DNA of 64,000 bases from Pseudomonadota bacterium (GTDB lineage Bacteria; Pseudomonadota; Alphaproteobacteria; Paracaedibacterales; CAIOTO01): positions 124,001 to 188,000 of the forward strand of contig JAZKDQ010000003.1 of the NCBI GenBank assembly GCA_040387495.1, written 5' to 3'. The notes beneath the pieces were generated by a model that made no database searches, was not told the origin of the DNA, and worked only from the letters and a program-made list of their open reading frames with translations. Below, piece by piece: positions 44,022 to 54,412 of the stretch. How positions within the stretch are numbered: position 1 is the stretch's first letter; each line of letters starts with the position of its first letter. Made by a program: the position numbers and the translations under genes.

Positions 44022-44757
44022 GCCACGCATTGGAATAACGCTTGATTTTGTTGATCCTGCTCATCAGCCAGAAGGTGCATGGTTTAACCTAGAACCTTGG
44101 TATGCACTTCGTTATCGTTATGCAACCGCTGTTGAGATGGCTGGTGGATTGCCATTGAATCTTTCATATCATATGAATCTTATTGATGACTATGTTGATA
44201 TACTGGATGGCTTATTAATTACAGGTGGTGGTTTTGATGTGGATCCGATGTTATATGGCGCAAAAACTGTTCATCCAACTGTATTAGTAAAACATTCGCG
44301 CACAGCCTTTGAAACTGCACTTTGTAAAGCGTTTTTGGCAGCAGGTAAGCCTATTTTAGGTGTTTGTGGTGGCATGCAATTATTAAATGTTGTGTTTGGT
44401 GGTACGTTACATCAACACCTACCGGATACTTTTATTAAAAAAGATGGGCTAGACGTTAATCACAATCCTAAAATGCGAGCTTTTCTAACGGCGCATAATG
44501 TTACGTTGATTGCTGATACTAAATTAGCTGCACTGTGCTCAACGGATAGTTATGGCGTAAACAGTGTGCACCATCAAGCTGTTGACCGTCTTGGTTCTGG
44601 TTTGAAAGCAAACGCTATTGCGGACGACACACTCATCGAAGCGTTTGAATCAACTGAACATTCTTTTGTGGTTGGCATCCAGTGGCATCCCGAGTTTTTA
44701 CTGAGTGAACTAGATATCAACATTTTTAAATCATTTATAGAATCAGCGAGTTCATGA
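44011..44757 (+). CDS. peptidase C26 / gamma-glutamyl-GABA hydrolase-family glutamine amidotransferase
   Basis: DGLLITGGGFDVDP, PILGVCGGMQLLNV, VNSVHHQAV, GIQWHPE. Confidence 0.92.
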   Translation: MSNKPRIGITLDFVDPAHQPEGAWFNLEPWYALRYRYATAVEMAGGLPLNLSYHMNLIDDYVDILDGLLITGGGFDVDPMLYGAKTVHPTVLVKHSRTAFETALCKAFLAAGKPILGVCGGMQLLNVVFGGTLHQHLPDTFIKKDGLDVNHNPKMRAFLTAHNVTLIADTKLAALCSTDSYGVNSVHHQAVDRLGSGLKANAIADDTLIEAFESTEHSFVVGIQWHPEFLLSELDINIFKSFIESASS

Positions 44758-45503
44758 CAGAAACGACAAAAGAAACTGGTACGAGGCTTGCTAAAGTTCT
44801 CGCGCAATGTGGTGTTGCATCACGCCGTCAAGCAGAAGTCCTTATTCAATCTGGCCGAGTTATGGTTAATGGTAAGGTTGCAACAGAAGTCACAACATTT
44901 GTTGATTTAGAGAAAGATAGTATCACTGTCGATCGAAAGCCCGTCAATTTGCCAGATCGCCTCCGTATTTGGTTATATTATAAACCACCAGGGGTAATTA
45001 CAACACATCGTGACCCAGAGGGACGTCCGACAGTGTTTGATGCTGCAAAAGCGGCTGGCTTGCCCCATGTTGTGTCCGTAGGCCGTCTTGATTTAAACTC
45101 AGAAGGTTTGATCGTACTTGCGAATCAGGGTGGTTTTGCCCATTATGCTGAATCACCGAAAACTGCATGGAAACGATGTTATCGTGTTCGTGTTTTTGGA
45201 GAGACATTGCCTGTAAATCAATTGCTTGCCCTAAAAAAGGGAATCACGATTGAAGGTATGTATTATGACAGTATCGATGTTGATTTTGACCCCTCAGAAA
45301 ATGGTGGACGAAATAATTGGCTTATGGTTACGCTTACTGAAGGAAAAAACCGCGAGATTCGTAAGGTGATGAATCATCTGGGCTTGTCAGTTAATCGTTT
45401 GATTCGCTTAAGTTACGGACCATTTTTGCTTGATGGGCTGAAGCCTGGTGTGATTCAAGAAGTTTCAGGCCGAAAGTTGAAGTCGTTGATGCCGGATGCC
45501 TGA
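44754..45503 (+). CDS. RluB/RsuA-family rRNA pseudouridine synthase
   Basis: S4 domain (RLAKVLAQCGVASRR), VGRLDLNSEGL, EGKNREIRK. Confidence 0.93.
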   Translation: MTETTKETGTRLAKVLAQCGVASRRQAEVLIQSGRVMVNGKVATEVTTFVDLEKDSITVDRKPVNLPDRLRIWLYYKPPGVITTHRDPEGRPTVFDAAKAAGLPHVVSVGRLDLNSEGLIVLANQGGFAHYAESPKTAWKRCYRVRVFGETLPVNQLLALKKGITIEGMYYDSIDVDFDPSENGGRNNWLMVTLTEGKNREIRKVMNHLGLSVNRLIRLSYGPFLLDGLKPGVIQEVSGRKLKSLMPDA

Positions 45504-45745
45504 TATGCCCATCATAAATCAATAGATTGTTTTTATGATGGATATAAATATTTCAATTATTTTTCAGTTCATGGTTCTTCTTACTTTTATGGATCTGATT
45601 TTACACGGCAGTTACTGAAGATTTTAATTTTATTTAATTTTCATGTTATTTAAATAGCTTTGTAAAATGCTTCTGTTTTGTTTTATTGGATAAAAAGCCG
45701 TCCAAAGTTTTATTGACATATAATGAAAAATGATTTTTCAAACAA

Positions 45746-45760
45746 TTAATGGTTTATTAA
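45746..45760. promoter_or_regulatory. CtrA-type box TTAA-tggttta-TTAA
   Basis: Exact match, 39 bp upstream of the start at 45799. Confidence 0.55.
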
Positions 45761-45798
45761 TTACTTAATATTATTATTGTATTAAATTCATATTATAG

Positions 45799-47451
45799 GT
45801 GGATAATGAATTGCAATACAGGCAGTGTATCCAAAACAATTTTACAAAAATAAAGCAGCAGGTTGTGTTTCTGTGTGCAATATTGTGCATGTTATTGGTG
45901 TGTTTTCAAGTAGTTCATGCGCAAGCTTGTTCAGCAAACAATTTAACATGTCCATCAGGTCAGACGTGTCTTTTAAATGGAACAACAAATGGGTGCTTTG
46001 GTAATTGTGGAGATGCTGGTTATGGAGCTTGTCCTGCAGGTCAAGTTTGTCTTATAAAACAGAAAACTGTTGATAAAACACTTCGTAAAGTTTACAAATT
46101 TGCATGTTTTATGTGTTCTGAAGCTAATCCTCTTGGAACATGTCCTGCAAATACATCTTGTGTGACGTGTAAGGGTGTGACAAGTTGTGTGGCTCCTAGC
46201 TTTAGGTGTAACGATCACGTTGTTGCAACAACTACTATCTCTGTGATTGTTCCGCCTGTTGCTATTCCACCTATGACAGCACCAGTTGATCCACCATTTA
46301 TAGCTTTACCTTTTATTATTTTACCTGCAGTAGCACCCCCTGTTGCTGCTTCACCTGCAGTACCACCTGTAGTAGTAGCTGTTGTTGCTTCATCTTCTGC
46401 GACACCTACTGCTGCTCCTCTTCCGGTAGCGACACCTACTGCTGCTCCTCTTCCGGTAGCGACACCTACTGCTGCTCCTCCTCCGGTAGTGACATCTACT
46501 GCTGCTCCTCTTCCGGCAGCGACACCTACTGCTGCTCCTCTTCCGGTAGCGACACCTACTGCTGCTCCTCCTCCGGTAGCGACACCTACTGCTCCTCCTC
46601 TTCCGGTAGCGACACCTACTGCTCCTCCTTCTGAGACTGTTGTTGTTTTATCTCCTGCAGAGTCATCTACTGATAGTGCACCTGTGGTGGCGTCTATTAC
46701 TGCTCAACCTGCAGTGGCACCTGCTGTCTCTCCTGCTCCAACAGCACCTGTGGCTGCTTCACCTGCAACTCCAGTTGTTACTCAGTCTGCAGCGCCATCT
46801 GCTGCTTCATCGGCGGCGGCACCTGTTATTACTCAATATGCGGCAGCACTTAATGCTGCTACACCTTCTGCTACACCGACGGCTTCACTTTCTGCTGCAC
46901 CTACTGCTGTTTCTCTGGTCGCGACGACTGTTGGTGCTCAGCTCGCAGGGACGTCTGTGTTGAATGCCCAAGAAACATCACCTGTTGCTCCACCTGCGGC
47001 AACACCTGCTGATAGTGCAAATGTGAGGGCGTCTGTTACTGGTCAACCTGCAGTGGCACCTGTGGCTGCTTCGTCTGCAGCGGCTCCGGTTGTTGGTCAG
47101 CCTGCAGCCCCACCTGCTGCTTCACCTGCAGCGGCGGCACCTGTTATTACTCAACTTGCGGCAGCACTAAATGCTACTCCACCTGTAGCAGCGCCTGTAG
47201 CTGCTCCGTCTCCCGCAACGCCTGTTATTATTCTGTCTCCAGCGCCATCGAATACACAAGAAGTATCATCTGTTGCAAGTACCTCAACCTCAGCTCCACC
47301 GTTAGCGAATGTCAATGGTGAAAATGAGGGTGCAGATAATTTTGAAGAAGAGGATTCTGCTTCACCATTTTCACCAACTGAGGAAGATATTAGTGAAGAT
47401 TTTGGTGAAGATGGTGAAGGTAATATGGAAGAAAATGACATTGAAGGGTAG
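45799..47451 (+). CDS. secreted protein: Cys-rich head, Pro/Ala/Thr mucin-like stalk, acidic tail
   Basis: Signal peptide, three C...CPxGxxC modules, ATPTAAPLPV repeats, D/E-rich C-terminus. Confidence 0.85.
   Translation: MDNELQYRQCIQNNFTKIKQQVVFLCAILCMLLVCFQVVHAQACSANNLTCPSGQTCLLNGTTNGCFGNCGDAGYGACPAGQVCLIKQKTVDKTLRKVYKFACFMCSEANPLGTCPANTSCVTCKGVTSCVAPSFRCNDHVVATTTISVIVPPVAIPPMTAPVDPPFIALPFIILPAVAPPVAASPAVPPVVVAVVASSSATPTAAPLPVATPTAAPLPVATPTAAPPPVVTSTAAPLPAATPTAAPLPVATPTAAPPPVATPTAPPLPVATPTAPPSETVVVLSPAESSTDSAPVVASITAQPAVAPAVSPAPTAPVAASPATPVVTQSAAPSAASSAAAPVITQYAAALNAATPSATPTASLSAAPTAVSLVATTVGAQLAGTSVLNAQETSPVAPPAATPADSANVRASVTGQPAVAPVAASSAAAPVVGQPAAPPAASPAAAAPVITQLAAALNATPPVAAPVAAPSPATPVIILSPAPSNTQEVSSVASTSTSAPPLANVNGENEGADNFEEEDSASPFSPTEEDISEDFGEDGEGNMEENDIEG
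46399..46630 (+). repeat. 30-bp in-frame tandem repeat, ~7.7 copies (ATPTAAPLPV)
   Basis: gcgacacctactgctgctcctcttccggta units every 30 bp. Confidence 0.95.
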
Positions 47452-47536
47452 TAATATTCTTTTAAATTGGTATTGAATTGATGAAAAATAAGGATATGTT
47501 TACTAATATAATATTTAATTTCTTTAGAGGAACGTA

Positions 47537-48046
47537 ATGAATTTTAATATGCAGAGTATAGCGATGGATGTAGGTAATATTTTGAAGCAATGGTTTGCTG
47601 TTGTGTGTATGATTTCTTCCATGCTTACACTGTGTTTTGAATTAGCGCACAGCAAAAATTGTTCGCAAAAAGACCCTAGAGGCACATGCGCAACTGGGAA
47701 AACGTGTCTTTTGAATGGTAATGCATATGGGTGCTATGGTCGTTGTGCGCAATCAAGCTTTGGATCATGTTCAAAAAATGAAATTTGTCTTGTTTCTTTT
47801 ATTCATATTTCTAAGAATCTTAAAAAAATGCCTGTTTATGCATGCTTTACGTGTACAGATAATAGCCCACTCGGGACTTGCCCAGCAGGTAAATCATGTT
47901 TTACATGTAATGGCTCCTCGACATGTGTGACTGATGACTTTGTATGTAAAAAGAAAACGGTTAAGGTCGTGTCAGCAACGAACTCCGTATCTACGACAAC
48001 AAAAGACGCGTCAACACTGGTAGCTACGACAACAAAGGCAAAATAA
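47537..48046 (+). CDS. secreted Cys-rich protein, short paralog of 45799-47451
   Basis: GKTCLLNG..GCYGRC..GSC..ICLV..YACFTC..PLGTCPAGKSCFTCNG..CV..F.C aligns Cys for Cys with the upstream protein. Confidence 0.85.
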   Translation: MNFNMQSIAMDVGNILKQWFAVVCMISSMLTLCFELAHSKNCSQKDPRGTCATGKTCLLNGNAYGCYGRCAQSSFGSCSKNEICLVSFIHISKNLKKMPVYACFTCTDNSPLGTCPAGKSCFTCNGSSTCVTDDFVCKKKTVKVVSATNSVSTTTKDASTLVATTTKAK

Positions 48047-48189
48047 AAATGGTTTGTTGTTTTTTTTGATTGAAAGTAGTGTAATAAGAATGCTGACGAA
48101 TCTCAAAACGCCACTTCATTTTTTGGTTTCATTTCTGCTTATGTCATGCTATAGTTCAAACAAAATTATAATCGAAGAGAGTCTATCTT

Positions 48190-48324
48190 ATGAAACGTAC
48201 TTATCAACCAAGTAATCTTGTTCGCAAACGCCGTCATGGTTTTCGTGCGCGTATGGCTACTCCAGGTGGACGTAATGTTATTAACAGACGTCGTGCACAA
48301 GGACGTAAGCGTTTATCTGCTTAA
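48190..48324 (+). CDS. rpmH: 50S ribosomal protein L34
   Basis: Below ORF-track cutoff; [44 protein letters not shown]. Confidence 0.98.
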   Translation: MKRTYQPSNLVRKRRHGFRARMATPGGRNVINRRRAQGRKRLSA

Positions 48325-48333
48325 TTAATTGTT

Positions 48334-48699
48334 ATGAGTTATGCCACCCTTAAAAAGCGATCCGAGTTTGTGAGGGTGGCGCAAGTCAGAAATATGACAC
48401 GCACAGCGACTGTGTGGGTTCAGTGTTTTTCCAATAAAAACGATGAAACAAAAAACGTACGAGTGGGATTTACCGCAAGTCGCAAAGCCGGTAATGCCGT
48501 TTGTCGTAATCGTGGTAAGCGAAGAATGCGCGATTTAGCGCGTTATGAATTACCCCAGGTTTTGTCTGAGTTTCCAAACTTTTCTGGTGATTTTGTGATA
48601 ATAGCTATTCCAGCGACGATCACTTCTGGATATACTGCAATGGTGAGAGATTTCAAAGATGCGGTGCGTAATTGCATACGTCGCACAAAAACTCACTAG
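48334..48699 (+). CDS. rnpA: ribonuclease P protein component
   Basis: LKKRSEF, RVGFTASRKAGNAVCRNRGKRRMR; operon position. Confidence 0.95.
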   Translation: MSYATLKKRSEFVRVAQVRNMTRTATVWVQCFSNKNDETKNVRVGFTASRKAGNAVCRNRGKRRMRDLARYELPQVLSEFPNFSGDFVIIAIPATITSGYTAMVRDFKDAVRNCIRRTKTH

Positions 48700-48746
48700 C
48701 TATTAAATCGTTTTAAAATCTTAACTTTTTTGATGTAGGAGTACCG

Positions 48747-49040
48747 ATGTCGCGCTTAGTTATTGGTTTGATTCATATTTATCGTTGGGTTGTTTCGCCT
48801 CTTTTCCCACCACGCTGCCGTTTTGAACCTACGTGTTCACGTTATGCTATTCATGCAATTCAAACGCATGGTTTAACTCGCGGGTTATGGTATGTTGTTA
48901 AGCGCCTGGCACGATGCCATCCCTATGAAAAACTTGCCAAACAATTAGGACCTACATTTGGCTATGATCCTGTTCCTGAAATTACTCATAGGCCGGCTAA
49001 CGCCTCTTTTTCGTCAGTAAATACATCAATAAATAAATGA
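48747..49040 (+). CDS. yidD: membrane protein insertion efficiency factor
   Basis: SPLFPPRCRFEPTCSRYA, RLARCHP, GYDPVP. Confidence 0.95.
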   Translation: MSRLVIGLIHIYRWVVSPLFPPRCRFEPTCSRYAIHAIQTHGLTRGLWYVVKRLARCHPYEKLAKQLGPTFGYDPVPEITHRPANASFSSVNTSINK

Positions 49041-49117
49041 TTTTTTAACGAGATATATAATTTCAATCAACATTTTTTTATAATTTCAACCATTTAACCT
49101 TTAAGTGTTTTTATCCC

Positions 49118-50848
49118 ATGTCTGAACAAAAAAATTTAATTATTGCTGTCGTAGTTAGTATTGCTATTTTTTGGGGCTTTGATTTTTTCTACACAAGTAA
49201 AAAAACACAGCCATTACCAAACGTTGTGTCCTCAACTGGCGTGCAATCAAATGCATCTATTATGCCTACTAATGTAGCACCTGTTGCAACGAACGTCGCA
49301 TTGCCCCGTGATGCTGCACTTAAAGAAGATGTACGTGTTTCCATTAATACACCATCGATGAAAGGTTCAATTCGCCTTAAAGGTGCACTTATTGATGACG
49401 TTGAGCTAACACAATACAAAGAAACAACAGATACCAATAGTCCTAATGTTGTTTTGTTGGCACCACAAAAGGCAAAGGGTGCTTACACAGCATCTTTTAG
49501 TTGGGTTGGTCAAGGAAATGCTGTGTGCCCTAATGAAGATACCATTTGGAAAAATGAAAATGGAGACACGTCTGCCGAATTAACACCATCAAAACCATTG
49601 AAATTAATCTTTGATAATGGGCATGGGCTTCATTTCAAACGTACAATTCGAGTGGATGAAAATTATCTTTTTACGATTACAGATCATGTTATCAACGCGG
49701 GAAAAAATGATGTTATGTTGCAGCAGTCAAGCAATGTAACACGTTATGGAACACCTCAAACAAGTGGGTTTTTTGTGCTTCATGAAGGTGGGGTTGGTGT
49801 TCTTGGTCATGCGTTATCCGAAGTTTCTTATAGTGATATTGAGAAGAAAGGACATATTCAACAACCGACAACTGGTGGCTGGATTGGCTTTACAGATAAA
49901 TACTGGCTTGTTGCACTTATTCCAACTCAAACAACACCTGTACAATGTAGTTATGATTTTGCTGCAGGTGAAATCTACCAGACACGTGTTGTAGGGGCAC
50001 AAATCACATTGACAGCAGGTAAAACAACAGAAACTGTGCAACATTTATATGCTGGGGCGAAAGTCTTAAGTACGCTCGACTCTTATGAAAAAACACACGG
50101 ATTTGATCGTTTTGATTTAGCAGTTGATTTTGGTTGGTTTTATTTCTTAACAAAACCATTGTTTTATGTGCTTGATTTCTTCCACAAAATTTTAGGCAAC
50201 TTTGGCTTGGCTATTTTAATGCTGACCATTTTGTTTAAGGCTATTTTGTTTCCACTTGCGAATAAGTCACATCGTTCTATGGCGCGCATGAAAGATCTTC
50301 AGCCAAAAATGGAGAAGCTTAAAACACTTTATGCACACGACAAAATGCGCATGAATCAAGAGCTGATGAATCTCTATAAAACTGAAAATGCAAATCCGAT
50401 GTCTGGATGTTTGCCGATGCTCATTCAAGCGCCAATTTTCTTTTGTTTGTATAAAGTATTCTTCGTAACGATTGAAATGCGTCATGCGCCCTTCTTTGGT
50501 TGGATTCACGATTTGGCAGCCATTGATCCGACGACAGTTTTTAACTTATTTGGTTTGATTCCATGGACACCACCTGCATTCCTGATGATTGGTGCATGGC
50601 CATTGATTATGGGCGCAACAATGGTTCTGCAGCAAAAATTAGGACCTCAACCAGCCGATGCACAGCAAGCTAAAGTGATGATGATTATGCCTGTTATGTT
50701 CACCTATCTGTTTGCATCATTTCCAGCAGGTCTTGTTATTTATTGGGCGTGGAGTAATATTTTAACAATATTACAGCAGCTTTATATCAACTATTCTTCA
50801 GATAAAGACAAAGCTAAGCGTGCAGTCAATACGCGTAAAAAGCGCTAA
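49118..50848 (+). CDS. yidC: membrane protein insertase YidC
   Basis: TDKYWL, AVDFGWF, GNFGLAI, NPMSGCLPMLIQ, ELR-like EMRHAPF, GLVIYW. Confidence 0.97.
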   Translation: MSEQKNLIIAVVVSIAIFWGFDFFYTSKKTQPLPNVVSSTGVQSNASIMPTNVAPVATNVALPRDAALKEDVRVSINTPSMKGSIRLKGALIDDVELTQYKETTDTNSPNVVLLAPQKAKGAYTASFSWVGQGNAVCPNEDTIWKNENGDTSAELTPSKPLKLIFDNGHGLHFKRTIRVDENYLFTITDHVINAGKNDVMLQQSSNVTRYGTPQTSGFFVLHEGGVGVLGHALSEVSYSDIEKKGHIQQPTTGGWIGFTDKYWLVALIPTQTTPVQCSYDFAAGEIYQTRVVGAQITLTAGKTTETVQHLYAGAKVLSTLDSYEKTHGFDRFDLAVDFGWFYFLTKPLFYVLDFFHKILGNFGLAILMLTILFKAILFPLANKSHRSMARMKDLQPKMEKLKTLYAHDKMRMNQELMNLYKTENANPMSGCLPMLIQAPIFFCLYKVFFVTIEMRHAPFFGWIHDLAAIDPTTVFNLFGLIPWTPPAFLMIGAWPLIMGATMVLQQKLGPQPADAQQAKVMMIMPVMFTYLFASFPAGLVIYWAWSNILTILQQLYINYSSDKDKAKRAVNTRKKR

Positions 50849-50861
50849 TTTACACTATTCG

Positions 50862-50982
50862 TTGTTATCTCCGGACTTGATCCGGGGATCTTCGATGGAA
50901 AATAAATAAGCAAAAGATGATGCGAAAGAAAATAGATACATTCGCGATAATAAAGATCCTCGTGTTATGCACAAGGACGACA
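50862..50982. repeat. degenerate inverted REP-like pair (GTYATCYCCGGACTTGATCCGGGGATC type)
   Basis: ttgttatctccggacttgatccggggatctt ... aagatcctcgtgttatgcacaaggacgacaa. Confidence 0.7.
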
Positions 50983-50992
50983 AGGATTTAAA

Positions 50993-51691
50993 TTGACAGA
51001 TACAACTAATGAACCAAAAAAAATGAGATGGTCTAACTCTCAAGAATGGGCTAACTGGCTTTTTGCGCAAGAATGTCCTTTTCTAAGAAGTGTGCAAAAA
51101 ATTGATGATCTACCAGAGTATTCTTTGCCCGAAATTGCGTTTGCTGGTCGTTCAAATGTCGGTAAGTCGAGTTTAATTAATGCACTCACTGGGCGTTTAA
51201 CACTTGCGCGTGCTTCTAATACGCCTGGCCGCACACAAATGCTTAATTTTTTTCAGCTTTATCACGAACTGATTTTGGTTGATATGCCGGGATATGGTTA
51301 TGCGGAAGCACCAAAAGCATTGGTTGCGCAGTGGCAGCAACTGGTGCGTCAATACTTGCTTGGCCGTCCTACACTAAAACGTGTATATGTGCTGATAGAT
51401 AGTCGTCACGGTATAAAAGTGAACGATATAGAAATGATGAAAATGCTAGATGAAACAGCTGTATCATATCAAGTTGTGTTGACTAAAACTGATAAAATTA
51501 GCATGGCTGCTTTGGTGAAAGTACAGGAAGAAACGCAAATTGCAATTAAGAAGCATGGTGCAGCATTTCCTGTGCTAGGTGTGACAAGTTCGGAAAAACG
51601 TCTTGGTATTGCAGAGCTGCGCGCTGAAATCGCAAAGCTCTGTCCTGGTCATAAAATGCTTGGTTTTACTGAGACCGTGTTCGGGGAGTAG
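50993..51691 (+). CDS. engB: ribosome biogenesis GTPase EngB/YihA
   Basis: [39 protein letters not shown]. Confidence 0.96.
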   Translation: MTDTTNEPKKMRWSNSQEWANWLFAQECPFLRSVQKIDDLPEYSLPEIAFAGRSNVGKSSLINALTGRLTLARASNTPGRTQMLNFFQLYHELILVDMPGYGYAEAPKALVAQWQQLVRQYLLGRPTLKRVYVLIDSRHGIKVNDIEMMKMLDETAVSYQVVLTKTDKISMAALVKVQEETQIAIKKHGAAFPVLGVTSSEKRLGIAELRAEIAKLCPGHKMLGFTETVFGE

Positions 51692-51695
51692 GGCA

Positions 51696-52607
51696 TTACT
51701 CTCTCAATAATGCTTCAGTCATAAATGACGTATTATGCTTCATCAAGGCTATGTAATCGTATGCAACTCCGCCTTCTTCCGATAATGAATCTGCATAGAG
51801 TAGATCATCTGCCTGGATTTTAATGCCTGTTTCATCGGCAATCTGACGAATGATATTACGGTTAGCCAGATTTTCAAAAAAAATTGCCTTTATATTCTCA
51901 GCTTTGATTTGATTGATGAGTAGAGCCACGGTTTTTGAATCAGCTTCTGCTTCAGTGCTAAGACCAACTGGCGCATTGAACGTAACACCATATGCTTTTC
52001 CATAGTAATAAAAGGCATCGTGTGTTGTTATGATTTTTCGCTTTTCGCGAGGTGTCTTTGAAATTTTACTTCGTATCCAAGCGTCAAGCTTAACTAATTC
52101 TGCGTCATAGGCGCGTGCATTATTGCTAATAATAGTGGCAGCCTTGGGAAGTTTTTCACATAAAACAGAACTTATGTTTTTGATCATTTGCCGAACTTTT
52201 TGAACATCATGCCACAGGTGAGGGTCTGGCGCTGGTAAAAGCCTTGCCTCAACGCCCTTCGACGCTTGGAAAAGTGTTGTATGTGCAGAGGAGGGGGATG
52301 CAAAATTGCTCATCCAGCATTCAAAAGATAAACCAATTGTAATAATTAAATTTGCTTCTTCAAGTGCCTTTGCATCCATTGGAGTGATTTGATACACATG
52401 TGGATCGCTTTTTATAGGCACAAGGCTTTTCGTTGAAATAACTGCTACTTCTGCAGGAATATTACGCGTTAATATATTAATCCAGTTTTCAAGCAATGAA
52501 AAACTGGTCACAATCTTAAATTCAGATGGACCATTTGACGAGAAAGTACTAGAAATTTGGGTGCAAAATACGATACAAATAAATAGAACGTAAATAATTC
52601 GCATCAT
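51696..52607 (-). CDS. Zn/Mn ABC transporter substrate-binding protein (ZnuA/TroA family)
   Basis: DPHVYQ, DPHLW, TTHDAFYY, LYADSL; start placed at MMRIIYVLF. Confidence 0.9.
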   Translation of the reverse strand: MMRIIYVLFICIVFCTQISSTFSSNGPSEFKIVTSFSLLENWINILTRNIPAEVAVISTKSLVPIKSDPHVYQITPMDAKALEEANLIITIGLSFECWMSNFASPSSAHTTLFQASKGVEARLLPAPDPHLWHDVQKVRQMIKNISSVLCEKLPKAATIISNNARAYDAELVKLDAWIRSKISKTPREKRKIITTHDAFYYYGKAYGVTFNAPVGLSTEAEADSKTVALLINQIKAENIKAIFFENLANRNIIRQIADETGIKIQADDLLYADSLSEEGGVAYDYIALMKHNTSFMTEALLRE

Positions 52608-52625
52608 GTGCTTGAACCTTATAGT

Positions 52626-53015
52626 ATGAACGTATATAACGTAACAGTTTTTCTTGAAGACACCGACGCGGGTGGAGTGGTTTATCACGCGCGTTATTTG
52701 AATTTCATGGAACGATGTCGTACACGATTCTTTTACCACAAAGGGATTGATCATGCACAGCTTATTACATCACATACAGGGCATTTTCTTGTAAGTAGAG
52801 TTGGCATTGATTTTATTAAGCCTGCTTGTTTGGGAGATGAGTTAGCTGTTACACTCGAACATATCGATATCCGAGGTGCTTCAATTGAGTGTGTTCAGCG
52901 AATTACGAGGCAAGAACAACTTCTTGTGAAAGCAACGGTCACACTGGTTTTTGTAAATCCAGGAACAGGAAAGCCAATACGGATGCCTGAATTATTAAAA
53001 GCAAAGATGCACTAA
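52626..53015 (+). CDS. ybgC: Tol-Pal-associated acyl-CoA thioesterase
   Basis: EDTDAGGVVYHARYLNFMERCRT; upstream of tolQ. Confidence 0.93.
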   Translation: MNVYNVTVFLEDTDAGGVVYHARYLNFMERCRTRFFYHKGIDHAQLITSHTGHFLVSRVGIDFIKPACLGDELAVTLEHIDIRGASIECVQRITRQEQLLVKATVTLVFVNPGTGKPIRMPELLKAKMH

Positions 53016-53056
53016 GCGCGCATTAACATTGACAAAATATAAGGACTGAAATTTTT

Positions 53057-53806
53057 ATGGATACTTCTCAAATGGCACAAATACCCAACGCTGTTGCAGG
53101 ACAAATGTCCCACATGCCAGGGGCGCTTAATACGAGTATGTGGGATATGTTTTTAGGTGCTGAGCCCATTATTATACTTATTATGATCGGGTTGATGGTG
53201 GCCTCCATTTGGTCATGGACAATCATTCTTAATAAAGTATATCGTTTGCGTCGTATGAATTCGGCAGCTGATAAATTTGAAGACGCTTTCTGGTCTGGCG
53301 GTGCACTTGATGATTTATATGAGCGGATTCACAAAAACCCAAAAGATCCATTATCAATGATTTTTTGTGCTGCAATGCGTGAATGGCGCCGCACCCTTTC
53401 AAAAGGCAAAGTTCATACAAATGAATTTCGTGGTACTCTTGAGCAACGAATTGATCGCGTGATGCAGCTTACACTTGGTCGCGAGATGGAACAACTTGAA
53501 CGCTACATGACGTTCCTTGCGTCTCTCGGTTCAAACGGAATGATTGTTGGTTTATTCGGAACAGTTTTGGGTATTATGAATAGCTTCGGCGCGATTGCCG
53601 CACAGCAAAGTGCAAATTTAGCCGTTGTTGCACCTGGTATTGCTGAAGCACTATTTGCTACAGCGATTGGCCTCATTGCAGCCATTCCTGCAGCAATAGC
53701 CTATAACAAAATATCAAGTGATTTGAATCGGTATGCGAATCGTCTCGACGCTTTTTCTAGTGAATTTATTTCTATAATCTCGCGTCAACTTGAAGAGAAT
53801 GTGTAA
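53057..53806 (+). CDS. tolQ: TolQ
   Basis: ASIWSW, GLFGTVLGIMNSF, VVAPGIAEALFATAIGL. Confidence 0.93.
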   Translation: MDTSQMAQIPNAVAGQMSHMPGALNTSMWDMFLGAEPIIILIMIGLMVASIWSWTIILNKVYRLRRMNSAADKFEDAFWSGGALDDLYERIHKNPKDPLSMIFCAAMREWRRTLSKGKVHTNEFRGTLEQRIDRVMQLTLGREMEQLERYMTFLASLGSNGMIVGLFGTVLGIMNSFGAIAAQQSANLAVVAPGIAEALFATAIGLIAAIPAAIAYNKISSDLNRYANRLDAFSSEFISIISRQLEENV

Positions 53807-53812
53807 GACAAT

Positions 53813-54412
53813 ATGGCAGGAAATCTTTCTTCAAATAATACTGGTCGTTCTAATAGACGCCGACGCAGTTTTCGTCCAACAAGCGATATTAATGTAACGC
53901 CACTCGTTGACGTTATGTTGGTGTTATTAATTGTCTTTATGGTAACAGCGCCGATGTTAACTGTTGGCGTTCCCGTGGATTTGCCAAAAACACAAGCTGC
54001 ACAAATGAATGACCAAGTTGAGCCGCTTGTTGTATCAATTGATGTGAATGGTAAGACATATTTTCAAGAAAATGAATTACCATTGCCTGATATTTTGAAA
54101 AAATTAACCGAAGCTTCGGATGGTAAACCAGACACGAAAATCTATGTGCGTGGTGATAAAAAACTGCCTTATGGGCAAATTATGGAAACAATGGGCGCAA
54201 TTGCGGCAGCAGGTTTTTCGCGTGTTTCTTTAATTGCAGAGCTCCCTATGCCAAATCATGCTGCGCCTAAGGTTGAGCATCAAAAACAAGAGAAACCTAT
54301 GACACCGGCTGTTACTACGTCTCAGAAAACAACAGTGGAGCGACCAAAACTTTTGATTCCTAAGGCGACACCACCTGCCGCTGCATCAAATAGGACAAGG
54401 CCGCCCTTATGA
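53813..54412 (+). CDS. tolR: TolR with Pro-rich C-terminal extension
   Basis: INVTPLVDVMLVLLIVFMVTAP, VRGD...YG. Confidence 0.93.
   Translation: MAGNLSSNNTGRSNRRRRSFRPTSDINVTPLVDVMLVLLIVFMVTAPMLTVGVPVDLPKTQAAQMNDQVEPLVVSIDVNGKTYFQENELPLPDILKKLTEASDGKPDTKIYVRGDKKLPYGQIMETMGAIAAAGFSRVSLIAELPMPNHAAPKVEHQKQEKPMTPAVTTSQKTTVERPKLLIPKATPPAAASNRTRPPL

Noticed and set aside
50862..50992. Palindromic element inserted in frame into the engB N-terminus
   Set aside because: In-frame TAA at 50951-50953 precedes the start, so the element is intergenic.
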